Position numbers and translations under genes: made by a program. Below, one piece after another: positions 1-9,445 of a stretch of 64,000 bases of DNA. The notes below the pieces were generated by a model. It saw nothing but the letters and a program-made list of their open reading frames with translations, was not told the DNA's origin and searched no databases. Each line of letters begins with the position of its first letter. Position 1 is the first letter of the stretch. Origin of the DNA: a virus; the IMG/VR virus record IMGVR_UViG_3300000059_000319, positions 6,592 to 70,591 of that record, one strand, 5' to 3'.

Positions 1-1
1 A

Positions 2-550
2 TCAAGGACATCAAAGATATTATCTTATGAATTAGAATTTCATACGATATTAAACAGGATAGCATATGATGGGTTACAAGTATTAGATTCTATTGACCCA
101 AGTGTATTTAAGTTATATAGGTCAGAAGATAATAAACATAATATTGGGGTATTTATGGTAACACCAAATCTTACAATAATACAGGATGCAGATTGGACAA
201 CAATTTATCCTGATGGTGTAGATTGCTCTTCTGATTTTTCTTTCTGTACTAACTTGGTTAGTGTGTCACCCACTTTACTTAATACAATTAAACCTACACA
301 ATTAGATGGCTTTTTCAACTATTGTGTTAATCTTGAAATGAATATAAATGATTTTTTCCAGGATATTGATTTATCAGAAGTTACTAATGTAAAAAGTATG
401 TTTGAAATGTGTGGTAAAATAACAGGTGAAGCATTACCCATAATAAGTAGGTTATCACATATTATAAATGTAAGCAACTTTGGTGCTTGCTTTAAGGAAT
501 GTACATCATTATCAGACTACTCATTAATTCCAATCAATTGGAAATCATAA
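2..550 (+). CDS. 5'-truncated BspA/DUF285-like LRR tail adhesin (homologue of 36477..37412)
   Basis: Frame is open from base 2 (SRTSKILSYELEFH...) and aligns with the B protein; C-terminus CTSLSDYSLIPINWKS. Confidence 0.75.
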   Translation, partial: SRTSKILSYELEFHTILNRIAYDGLQVLDSIDPSVFKLYRSEDNKHNIGVFMVTPNLTIIQDADWTTIYPDGVDCSSDFSFCTNLVSVSPTLLNTIKPTQLDGFFNYCVNLEMNINDFFQDIDLSEVTNVKSMFEMCGKITGEALPIISRLSHIINVSNFGACFKECTSLSDYSLIPINWKS

Positions 551-563
551 ATAAATTAATACT

Positions 564-905
564 ATGGCAAATACAGGATTCAAAATAAAGGTATATAGAG
601 ATACCAACCCTTATTCCCCCACATATAACCAAACTAAAACTGAAAGGATATTAGATACTGATGCATGTCCTAATAATGCACCAGATTGGGTTGAAGTATC
701 AAGAACTTGTAATAAGATAACCTATAATCCATCAGGTGTTCAAGGGAATAATGGTAGGGCAACGATTACTTATGAAGATATGAATATTGACAGTCCAAGC
801 TTTGGACAAACTAAAACTGAAATACATGCAGATTTAACTAATTGTCCATTACCTGATACTACATCTGATTATGAATTACAATCATCAGAATGTGAACAAT
901 TTTAA
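564..905 (+). CDS. Small two-Cys repeat linker protein (DxNPxSPTY repeats)
   Basis: Half repeat + full repeat + half repeat; homologue of 37432..37773. Confidence 0.75.
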   Translation: MANTGFKIKVYRDTNPYSPTYNQTKTERILDTDACPNNAPDWVEVSRTCNKITYNPSGVQGNNGRATITYEDMNIDSPSFGQTKTEIHADLTNCPLPDTTSDYELQSSECEQF

Positions 906-914
906 GGTGCTAAT

Positions 915-930
915 AATCTTTATTAAAAAG
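915..930 (+). promoter_or_regulatory. Late-promoter-like motif AATCTTTATWAWAAAG (one of 15 copies)
   Basis: Copies start at 915, 5245, 13179, 16942, 21410, 24718, 30471, 31810, 33503, 37788, 42387, 52775, 56341, 60822, 63721. Confidence 0.75.
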
Positions 931-941
931 AAGATTCAAAA

Positions 942-2849
942 ATGATAAAATTAGATACCTTAAATAACTATGTACTATTTACTGATGAAAATGGTGATGC
1001 ACAGGCTATTGGAAAATTACAGTTAACTTATAAGATTGAATATGAAGATATTACATTCTTTGTATTGAAAGAAGGGAACAAAAAGATATATACAGTACCA
1101 TTTTTTTCAGCTAAGATTGATAATTTATCTGTTGATGGTGTGGTGTACTCCAAAGAAGATTTACCTACTGCATTAGGTACTATATTTTTACCACCATCAG
1201 GTTCTATATCAGGTGAAGTAACTCCAAGTGATATAGCTTACTTACAGCAACAGATAAATGTGAATAGAATAAATGCTAATAAAGCTTATGTATTAGCAAC
1301 ATATGAGACAGAGTATTTAACCTTGACCACTCTGTCAGGAATTGAGACCAAATTGTATATTCCTTATTTCGATTCTGCACAATACTATCTTAAATCACAG
1401 ATTGATAATTTATTAAATACAATAAATAATACCATTAACAATAAAGTTGATATTACTAATGTCTATACTAAGGAAGAAATTAATAATATTATTGATGATT
1501 TAAATATTGACCCTGATGATATAGTTCAAATTGAAAATGATATTGAAGATTTGAAAGCTGGCACCATATCGAAAGTGGTATATACTGCATTAGATGGAAA
1601 GTTAGCAGTAACTGATTATCGTGGTAATGTTACCAATTATACCATTCCATATTTCAATTCAGCTAATTATTATTCAAAAACACAAACTGATAGTGCAATA
1701 AATACAGCAGTTGGTGATTTAAATACTTCTATACAGACTAAATTTGGTGATTACTATACTAAAAGTCAAACATATAGTAAAACAGAAGTAGATAGTAAAA
1801 TAGCATCCATACCAACATTTGATGCAAGTCAGTATTACACCAAAACACAAACTGATACAGCATTAAATTTAAAAGCAGATAAAACTACAACTTATACAAA
1901 GACTGATGTAGATGCTAAATTAACAGAGTATGCAAAAGCATCTACTGTATATACCAAAACACAAACTGATACATTACTTTCAGCAAAAGCAAATACTTCT
2001 GATGTATATACCAAGACAGAGGTGTACACCAAGACAGAAGTAGATGGATTATTGACAGGAAAGGTTAATACAGGTGATGTATATAATAAAACTGAAATTG
2101 ATGATAAAGTTGGGGATTTACAAGACCAAATTAATGATTTAGGTGATTTATCAAATTACTATACTAAGTCAGAAGTAGATAATAGGTTAACCACAAAAGC
2201 TAATGTGGGTGATAGTTATACCAAAGCACAATCTGATACCTTACTATTATCTAAGGCTAATTCATCTGATGTATATACTAAAACACAGACATATACCCAA
2301 ACAGAAGTAGATAATTTATTATCAACAAAAGCAAATCAATCTACAACCTATACCAAGACAGAGGTTGACACCAAATTAAATCAGAAAGCAGATATCACAA
2401 ATGTCTATACTAAATCACAGGTATACACCCAAGCAGAAGTTGATGACAAAATTGTTGATTTGGAATCTGAAATTAATACAGTTAATACTAAATTCAGTAA
2501 TTATTATACCAAAACTGAGAGTGATGAAAAGTATGCTACTAAGAATACATATACTACTGCATCTGTATCGACTACAACACAGGCTTGTAATTTTGCTACC
2601 TATGATTATTTTCATTTGAATCTTACAGGTTCAAATAATAGTTTGACCATTACACCATCGAATCTTGGTGAATATGGTAAAGCATATTATATAACTATTA
2701 ATAATAACAGAAGTGTTGATGTTGAAGTATTAGGTTTGTCAACAATAGTTGGTGAAAATCCTATAATATTGGTAGGTGGAATATGTGAGGTGTCTGTTAT
2801 GAAGTGGGGTGATAATACGACAAAAGCAACATTTATAGTATCTCAATAA
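942..2849 (+). CDS. Tail fibre with YTK(T/S)EVD-type shaft repeats
   Basis: Many YTKTEVDxxL repeats and a C-terminal beta domain; homologue 37815..39716. Confidence 0.8.
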   Translation: MIKLDTLNNYVLFTDENGDAQAIGKLQLTYKIEYEDITFFVLKEGNKKIYTVPFFSAKIDNLSVDGVVYSKEDLPTALGTIFLPPSGSISGEVTPSDIAYLQQQINVNRINANKAYVLATYETEYLTLTTLSGIETKLYIPYFDSAQYYLKSQIDNLLNTINNTINNKVDITNVYTKEEINNIIDDLNIDPDDIVQIENDIEDLKAGTISKVVYTALDGKLAVTDYRGNVTNYTIPYFNSANYYSKTQTDSAINTAVGDLNTSIQTKFGDYYTKSQTYSKTEVDSKIASIPTFDASQYYTKTQTDTALNLKADKTTTYTKTDVDAKLTEYAKASTVYTKTQTDTLLSAKANTSDVYTKTEVYTKTEVDGLLTGKVNTGDVYNKTEIDDKVGDLQDQINDLGDLSNYYTKSEVDNRLTTKANVGDSYTKAQSDTLLLSKANSSDVYTKTQTYTQTEVDNLLSTKANQSTTYTKTEVDTKLNQKADITNVYTKSQVYTQAEVDDKIVDLESEINTVNTKFSNYYTKTESDEKYATKNTYTTASVSTTTQACNFATYDYFHLNLTGSNNSLTITPSNLGEYGKAYYITINNNRSVDVEVLGLSTIVGENPIILVGGICEVSVMKWGDNTTKATFIVSQ

Positions 2850-2876
2850 TTAAAGTAATTTAAAGTCAATAATATA

Positions 2877-2908
2877 TGGGTTGGGGATTTAATAACCCAA
2901 CCCTTTTT
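2877..2908 (+). terminator. Intrinsic terminator after the fibre gene (B counterpart ~39737-39765)
   Basis: GGGTTGGG...CCCAACCC + T run; B AGGGTTGG...CCAACCCT + T run. Confidence 0.7.
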
Positions 2909-2920
2909 AATTTAAAAATC

Positions 2921-3757
2921 ATGGCAAGAAGACATTACAGCACATTCAATAATATAGTAACTGATAATTTGGGCTTAGAAATATTAGTGAGGGTTGAAGA
3001 TGGTGAAGAAGGAACATTAAGACACCTGTTAAGGATGAATAGAAGGCAAATGCCAAATTCCACTACTATTAATTACATGAGATTAGAAGTAGATTGGGGT
3101 GATGGTACTATTGAAACTATTGATATTACACCACTATATACCAATTCTTCATTACAACCCACTTCATTAACCCATACTTATATTTCAGCAGGTGATTATA
3201 CAGTAAGAATTAATCAATTAACTGATAATTTGAGGTCAAGACCCTATTGGATAACGTTCACAACTCCATCTTCCTTATATAAGGAATTAAGGGTTATTGA
3301 GATAAGAAAATTTATTTTTAATGGTATAAGTATTAAATCATTAATTGGTGGCAATATCAACCCAAATACACTTAGGAAATTCAATAATATTCATATGTAC
3401 GAAGTTCAGGATATACAATCAGCAATAGCCATTACATCATCATTATTTGAAAAATTGGATATAAAAGGTATTGTAAATAGCCTTGTATTACCAATCACAA
3501 ACATGAAATCAGCATTCAAGCTATATAAATATAATTTCAATTTGAATGAATTGACTGATAGTTTCGACTTATCCCAAGTCACAGATGTAACATCAGCATT
3601 TGCAGGGTGCCAGAACATGATAGGTACAGGGCAATCATTTATAGATAGATTACCAAGTGGTATTAAAGGAAACCCATATTATGCTGCATACTTATTTCAG
3701 GATTGTAAGAATTTGAGTGATTATGATATTATTGATGAATTATATAAGGATAACTAA
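2921..3757 (+). CDS. PKD-like (VDWGDG) + LRR-like putative receptor-binding protein; likely start MARRHY
   Basis: The track start at 2876 lies inside a terminator hairpin; homologue 39781..40614 starts MSRRHY. Confidence 0.7.
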   Translation: MARRHYSTFNNIVTDNLGLEILVRVEDGEEGTLRHLLRMNRRQMPNSTTINYMRLEVDWGDGTIETIDITPLYTNSSLQPTSLTHTYISAGDYTVRINQLTDNLRSRPYWITFTTPSSLYKELRVIEIRKFIFNGISIKSLIGGNINPNTLRKFNNIHMYEVQDIQSAIAITSSLFEKLDIKGIVNSLVLPITNMKSAFKLYKYNFNLNELTDSFDLSQVTDVTSAFAGCQNMIGTGQSFIDRLPSGIKGNPYYAAYLFQDCKNLSDYDIIDELYKDN

Positions 3758-3763
3758 TTAACT

Positions 3764-4639
3764 ATGGCAAGAAGACATTATAATATAAATACAGACAAAC
3801 CATTACCTGAAACATGGGGTGAATGGGAATTTGAAATTGATTTAACAAGCTTATCACCAGTTAATGTATTGGTTTGTACAATAGAAGATGATGGTGATAT
3901 AGGTTCACCAACGAATAAAGCAGGTGTTATTATAGATTGGGGTGATGGCTCAGAAACTGAAACAATAATGGGTGGTGAAGAATTAAATGCTTGGAATATC
4001 AGACATACATTCCCATCTAACACCAAATACATTATAAATATAAAGGAAGTTTACTATGGTGGTAAGAGACAAGAAAGAATAACAAGATTATATTTTCAAC
4101 TTCAATCTGTTAACTGCTTATCGAGATTGATAAAATATAAATCAAGTGGCATTACTTCATTAAATTATGTGTGTCATAACAGGACATTATTCACAGGATT
4201 TAGTGATGATTTTAAATTTGAAACACCAAATGTTACCCAAGCTACATCTATGTTTTATAACTGCAGTAGTTTAATTGAGTTTCCAACAGGTGTATTTGAT
4301 TTATTAACAAAGAATACAACATTTTATTATGTATTTAATAATTGTACATCTTTAATTACAGTTGGAAATAAATTATTTAACCATAACAGTTTAGTGACAT
4401 CATATGCTGATTTATTTTATGGGTGTAAATCCATGACAAGTAGTATAAATGAAATATTTGATGAAGCTGATTTATCAGAAGTGAATAATGTAAATAATAT
4501 GTTTAGGAATTGTAATAATGCAACAGGTTCTGCATTAGATTTAATAGATGAAATACCACAAATTGCAACACATTCAAGTACATTTACCAATTGTACAGCA
4601 TTATCAGATTATAATTCAATACCATCAACTTGGAGATAA
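3764..4639 (+). CDS. PKD-like + BspA-type LRR putative receptor-binding protein
   Basis: MARRHY start, IDWGDG, F.NC.SL repeats, SDYNSIPSTWR end; homologue 40617..41471. Confidence 0.75.
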   Translation: MARRHYNINTDKPLPETWGEWEFEIDLTSLSPVNVLVCTIEDDGDIGSPTNKAGVIIDWGDGSETETIMGGEELNAWNIRHTFPSNTKYIINIKEVYYGGKRQERITRLYFQLQSVNCLSRLIKYKSSGITSLNYVCHNRTLFTGFSDDFKFETPNVTQATSMFYNCSSLIEFPTGVFDLLTKNTTFYYVFNNCTSLITVGNKLFNHNSLVTSYADLFYGCKSMTSSINEIFDEADLSEVNNVNNMFRNCNNATGSALDLIDEIPQIATHSSTFTNCTALSDYNSIPSTWR

Positions 4640-5017
4640 TATTTTTACCTCAAAAACATTTCCATCATTAAAAGCAATATAATGATTTTCAGATATATAA
4701 TATAAATCAATAAATATTATACTTTCAGGTTCAAGAAGTGAGAATATAAAGCCTGATTGACCATCAGACATACCATAATAGGGTAATGAAATCCACTCAG
4801 GATATTTAATGGTGGCGAATAAATCATATTGATAATTATATGTTTGGTTAATAGACTCTTTAATTGAATCTATTTTCAATTCATTTCTTTTAAGCACCTG
4901 TACAAAATATTCTATTTCAGCTTTTTCTTCTTCTGTAAAATGATGTGTAACTGTATGTGTGTCGTTAACAGTACAGCTAATCAGCATAATAAAAAGAACT
5001 AATAAAGTTTGTTTCAT
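4625..5017 (-). CDS. Antisense moron, putative lipoprotein (superinfection-exclusion candidate)
   Basis: Signal peptide MKQTLLVLFIMLIS-C; own TATATTTG promoter at 5219-5226 (minus strand). Confidence 0.65.
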   Translation of the reverse strand: MKQTLLVLFIMLISCTVNDTHTVTHHFTEEEKAEIEYFVQVLKRNELKIDSIKESINQTYNYQYDLFATIKYPEWISLPYYGMSDGQSGFIFSLLEPESIIFIDLYYISENHYIAFNDGNVFEVKILSPS

Positions 5018-5212
5018 TTGAGATAAAAATAAGAGTGATGTAGCGTATAATCTAAAATAGACTGAAAGGACTGCTACACCCCAACTGACCTAAAATAAAC
5101 CTACTACTACACCACCTTATATGATGCAGCAATACAGTTTATTTTTTAGTGGTCAATTTAATAAAGTAGCAGTTTATCAGTCACTAAAAAATATACTCGT
5201 TGCTATATTCTT
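5018..5212 (-). ncRNA. Structured 5' leader RNA, conserved with 42154..42352
   Basis: Multiple helices with compensatory changes between A and B; G-U pairs work only on the minus strand. Confidence 0.65.
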
Positions 5213-5268
5213 CTGATACAAATATATTAAAAAAAGTCTACAATAATCTTTATTAAAAAGAGATTTAG

Positions 5269-5826
5269 ATGAAACAAATAATAACAAGTAATGGATATAT
5301 CCAATTAATTGATGCTGCTAATGATAAACAACAAGGTTATCAATATGGTGAATTGATGTATAAGATTAATGGTAATGATATATCATTCTACTTTCAGGAA
5401 GATTATTTATATGATAACACTTTATTTTCTGCTTATATTCCTAAATTACAAATAGATGGTGTTACTTATACCAAAGAATTTATAGGTGGTGCACTTGATA
5501 TTATATTTAGGGGTAATGGTTCTGATGGTAGTGGTGATATGTTTAAGGCTCAATATGATACTAATGATAATGGTATTGTAGATAATGCTGAAAAACTAAT
5601 GGGTTATTCACCTGCTGATTTACCTATAAGTACAGAAGTTCAATCTGCTATTGATGGTATTAATGATGATTTAGTTGATGTTAATACCAAAATAACATCC
5701 AATACTAATAAGTTAACATATATTGCTACTGATATTACAAATATTAATGTAGAAATCACATCAATAAATAATAAGATTGGTGATATTGACACTATTCTTG
5801 ATAATATAAATGGGGAATCTATATAA
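5269..5826 (+). CDS. Second fibre/adaptor protein with coiled-coil C-terminus
   Basis: N-terminal ~80 aa resembles the N-terminus of fibre 942..2849; homologue 42413..42841. Confidence 0.65.
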   Translation: MKQIITSNGYIQLIDAANDKQQGYQYGELMYKINGNDISFYFQEDYLYDNTLFSAYIPKLQIDGVTYTKEFIGGALDIIFRGNGSDGSGDMFKAQYDTNDNGIVDNAEKLMGYSPADLPISTEVQSAIDGINDDLVDVNTKITSNTNKLTYIATDITNINVEITSINNKIGDIDTILDNINGESI

Positions 5827-5827
5827 T

Positions 5828-6679
5828 ATGGGAACAACAGCAGATAAATTAAATAAAATATTAGATACCAAAGGAAACATTAAACAAGCTATTATTGATA
5901 AAGGTGTTGATGTTGATGATACTATTGTATTTGCTGATTATCCTGAAAAGATAAGTGAAATACAAAGTGGTGGTGGAAAAGCAAAAATTGTTGATGGAAC
6001 AAAATTTGCATATTCGACATTTGTCGATTTTCCAGAGTATGACATGAGTTATGTATCAGAAATGGCTGATACAAGTTATTTATTCTATTATTGCAATAAT
6101 TTAATATCAACACCTGAATTAGATTTAAATAGTAGTACCACTCTACAAAATGCATTCAACAGGTGTGATAATATTACTGAATTATTCCTTATCAATACAA
6201 ATAATATTGTTAATATGGATAGTGCATTTTTAGCATGCTACAAATTACAAGAAATAAGTGTTGATACATCAGCAGCAACAAAAGCATATCAATTGTTTTC
6301 AAATTGTAATGCTTTGAAAAAATTAAATATAGATACAAGTAAAATGACTGATATGAGGTTAATGTTAAACAACTGTACCTCATTAACAGATTTGGGTGTA
6401 TTAGATGCAATAAGTATACCTTCTGCAACTTTTATTAGTAATATTTTTTCAAGATGTAGTGCATTAATAAATTTCGATGGTTTATTAAATATAAAATATT
6501 CATATAGTATATCAGATTCAAGTTTATTAACTGTTGAATCATTAATGAATTGTATTAATGGATTAGCAGACTTAACAGGTGGAACAAGCCAAACCTTAAC
6601 TATGGGTTCAACAAATCTATCGAAACTGACATCAGAACAAATTGCAATAGCAACATCCAAGAATTGGACATTAGCATAA
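5828..6679 (+). CDS. BspA/DUF285-like LRR adhesin, A only
   Basis: MGTTADKLNKIL... start, repeated LF.NC..L units; no counterpart in B. Confidence 0.7.
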   Translation: MGTTADKLNKILDTKGNIKQAIIDKGVDVDDTIVFADYPEKISEIQSGGGKAKIVDGTKFAYSTFVDFPEYDMSYVSEMADTSYLFYYCNNLISTPELDLNSSTTLQNAFNRCDNITELFLINTNNIVNMDSAFLACYKLQEISVDTSAATKAYQLFSNCNALKKLNIDTSKMTDMRLMLNNCTSLTDLGVLDAISIPSATFISNIFSRCSALINFDGLLNIKYSYSISDSSLLTVESLMNCINGLADLTGGTSQTLTMGSTNLSKLTSEQIAIATSKNWTLA

Positions 6680-6703
6680 TAATACAAATTAAATCTAATA
6701 TAA

Positions 6704-6910
6704 ATGAAAAAGGAAACAATCAAGATAAATAAAATAGTAGCTGATGATGGTTATGTATTTGCAAAACCTGATAAATCAGAAGTATATTCTGACACGTTAT
6801 TTTTAGGTAAAAATGATAAGTCTGAAAACTACATAGAAATAAGCCTTGAGGAAGCTGAGACTATACAAGCTGAACAAGATAAGTTAAACTATAATACTGA
6901 TGGCGAATGA
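6704..6910 (+). CDS. Small fibre-associated hypothetical protein, A only
   Basis: IVADDGYVF...LFLG motif, co-oriented after the adhesin. Confidence 0.6.
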   Translation: MKKETIKINKIVADDGYVFAKPDKSEVYSDTLFLGKNDKSENYIEISLEEAETIQAEQDKLNYNTDGE

Positions 6911-8123
6911 TATTATTAAAACAATTGTATCACTTGCTGATATGTCAGTTCAACGACCTAAGATTGACAAGGCAGCAAAATCTTATGTGAAATTTGGTGG
7001 TACCAATCAATTTCCAAATGAACTTCTAACATTAGCAAAAGAAAGTCCACTTCAATCTGCTATACTGAATAACCAATTTATATATTCTATGGGTGCAGGG
7101 TTTGAAGAATGGACAGGTGAAATTTTCACACCAAACTTATCTTATAATTGGGAAGAACTGACAAGACGATGTATGCGTGACTATATTTATTTACAGGCAT
7201 TTGCAGTTCAGATTGTCTTGAATGAGAATGGAAAGACATATTCATTCTACCATCAACCCATCGACCAAGTAAGATTAGGCAACTATAATGAATTTAATAT
7301 TATAGATACTGCTTATATCTGTACTAGCTGGAAATCTGCGACATCAAAAAATATAGTTGAAATACCCATGTGGGGTTCTGAATCAATACAAAAAGGTAAA
7401 TCATATCTGATGTATTTTAAAGATTATGATTTGGATGAATTATATTATCCAATACCTAAATGGTATTCATCTGCTAATTGGATATTAGCAGATATTTTAC
7501 TATCAAAATACTATGTAAATACTGTTGGTAATGGTTTCACACCATCTACTGTTATCACTTATCCTAATGAAATGGATAATGATAAGAAAGCAGAATTATA
7601 TGATATGTTTAAATCCTGTTTCTCAGGTGTAGAAAATGCTTCTGACATCATTATTCTATTTGGTGAGAATGGTGAGAAACCTGAAATAACACCATTAAAT
7701 GCTTCAAATAATGCTGATTTATATCAAGATTTTTCAAACGAAGTATTAAGCAAAATTATATCAGGTAATAGATTACCATCACCTACATTAGCAGGTATTT
7801 CTTCACCATCGAATCTTGGTGGTGCATCGAATGAACTTCTAACAGCCTATTCACAATATAAACTAACTGTAATACATGACCTTAGAAAGTTTGTACTAAC
7901 TCATATTAATGGGTTATTGAAATTAAATGGTTTACTACCTGTATTGAATATTATTGATTTTGATTTACGTGCTGAAATCGAAGGTCAGATTGAGAAGAAT
8001 GAAGATATCAGCAAAGAAACATTAGATGTTGAATCAGGTGATGAATTGGATAAAGCACAGGAAGATGCAGAAGATGAAGCTGTTGAAAATATGACAAATA
8101 ATGATGAAGATAAAGTAGGATAA
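6900..8123 (+). CDS. Portal protein
   Basis: YVKFG..NQFP..L..L..ESP.QSAIL N-terminus, Y..P.W.S and GF.PS motifs; homologue 42866..44122. Confidence 0.8.
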   Translation: MANDIIKTIVSLADMSVQRPKIDKAAKSYVKFGGTNQFPNELLTLAKESPLQSAILNNQFIYSMGAGFEEWTGEIFTPNLSYNWEELTRRCMRDYIYLQAFAVQIVLNENGKTYSFYHQPIDQVRLGNYNEFNIIDTAYICTSWKSATSKNIVEIPMWGSESIQKGKSYLMYFKDYDLDELYYPIPKWYSSANWILADILLSKYYVNTVGNGFTPSTVITYPNEMDNDKKAELYDMFKSCFSGVENASDIIILFGENGEKPEITPLNASNNADLYQDFSNEVLSKIISGNRLPSPTLAGISSPSNLGGASNELLTAYSQYKLTVIHDLRKFVLTHINGLLKLNGLLPVLNIIDFDLRAEIEGQIEKNEDISKETLDVESGDELDKAQEDAEDEAVENMTNNDEDKVG

Positions 8124-8124
8124 A

Positions 8125-8694
8125 ATGAGTAAGTTAACACAAATATATTTAATTGATGAAACCAAACTAAAACTATATTCTGATATAGCTCGTAATGTGG
8201 GTGTAGATAAAGTTATTCCTTATGTGGGATTGGCACAACCCTTTTATATCGAAGAAGTGTTAGGAGCACCATTAACTGCTGAATTAACACAACAGATAGC
8301 AACAAACACACTAACAGAAGCTAACCAAGCATTATTGCTTAAAATAGCACCACCACTTGCATTATACACACAATTCCTAGCTATGCGTGGTTTGGCTTAT
8401 AGTGTTGTAGAAAAAGGTATTACCAAATTAAAGTCAGAAAATAGTGAAACAGTAAATAGTACAGAACTTGGACAATATATCAATTCGACAAGAGAAAACG
8501 CAGAAATGGCTCTGGAACTATTGATTAAATATTTGTGTGAATGTCGTGATTTATACCCTTTGTGGAAGCCATCACCATCATCTTGTAACTGTGATAAATA
8601 CAGTAAGAATGAAGATGGTACAGATAAGTTAGACAGGGAATTTCATATATACTTTCCCAAAAGAAGTAATAATAGTTGTGGATGCAATAAGTAA
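8125..8694 (+). CDS. Head-tail adaptor (DUF6712-like)
   Basis: Follows the portal; helical, Cys-rich tail; homologue 44119..44676. Confidence 0.6.
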   Translation: MSKLTQIYLIDETKLKLYSDIARNVGVDKVIPYVGLAQPFYIEEVLGAPLTAELTQQIATNTLTEANQALLLKIAPPLALYTQFLAMRGLAYSVVEKGITKLKSENSETVNSTELGQYINSTRENAEMALELLIKYLCECRDLYPLWKPSPSSCNCDKYSKNEDGTDKLDREFHIYFPKRSNNSCGCNK

Positions 8695-8700
8695 TTAAAT

Positions 8701-8961
8701 ATGTGTAAACTAAGGATGGAGGATAAATTAAAATTTCAGTTAATAGTTTCAGCACTATTAATTGTTGTAGGATGTGGTCTATTAATAGCAGGGTTTTGTA
8801 CAGTTCCTGTTGGTGTTATTGATAATTCTGTACTGATAGCATTTGGTGAAATACTAACCTTTGTTGGTGCAGTATTTGGAATTGACTATAACTATAAATT
8901 CAAGATTTTTATGAAAGAAAAAAAGGAGAATAAAGAAAAAAAAGAGGGTATTGATGAATAA
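8701..8961 (+). CDS. Holin, two transmembrane helices
   Basis: Two hydrophobic segments and a basic C-terminus, first gene of the lysis cassette. Confidence 0.7.
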   Translation: MCKLRMEDKLKFQLIVSALLIVVGCGLLIAGFCTVPVGVIDNSVLIAFGEILTFVGAVFGIDYNYKFKIFMKEKKENKEKKEGIDE

Positions 8962-9445
8962 AATAGGTTATGTTATTATCATAATATTATTATGTATTAT
9001 TGGGTATTTCATTATTACCAATAATAGGAATAATAATGTTGAATATATAACTACAACTGATACTATATATGTTGAAAGAATAATACATGATACAGTTCCA
9101 AAGTTAGTTTATCAATCTATCCATAAGTATATTACAGATACATTAATGACCACAGATAGTATCTATATACCTGTACACATTCCAATATCAAATTATCACT
9201 ATTCTAACACATTATATCAAGGTTCTGACACCATTAAATATAATGCGTTTGTAAGTGGTTATAAGACCACATTAGACAGTATTGACATATCCCTCAGATA
9301 CCCACAAATAATACAAAATACAAGCATTACAAGACCAAATAAAGGTATTAAAATCAATCATGGTATTCAGGTTGGTTTAGGTCTTGGTATAATAAACCAA
9401 AAGCCTGATATATATGCAGGTTATGGTCTTCAAATTACTTTCTGA
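8951..9445 (+). CDS. Lysis-cassette membrane protein (DUF6808-like; spanin candidate)
   Basis: N-terminal TM helix, DT-rich stalk, C-terminal Gly/aromatic beta strands ending YGLQITF; homologue 45399..45905. Confidence 0.55.
   Translation: MMNKIGYVIIIILLCIIGYFIITNNRNNNVEYITTTDTIYVERIIHDTVPKLVYQSIHKYITDTLMTTDSIYIPVHIPISNYHYSNTLYQGSDTIKYNAFVSGYKTTLDSIDISLRYPQIIQNTSITRPNKGIKINHGIQVGLGLGIINQKPDIYAGYGLQITF

Noticed and set aside
1600-2560. CRISPR-like or DNA-level repeat array (TATACCAAGACAGAAGTAGAT-type units; also ~38500-39400)
   Set aside because: The repeats are degenerate, in frame, and encode YTKTEVD fibre shaft repeats; there are no unique spacers or cas genes.
2921-6679. Diversity-generating retroelement acting on the LRR adhesins
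   Set aside because: No reverse transcriptase and no template/variable repeat pair differing only at adenines was seen in either unit.
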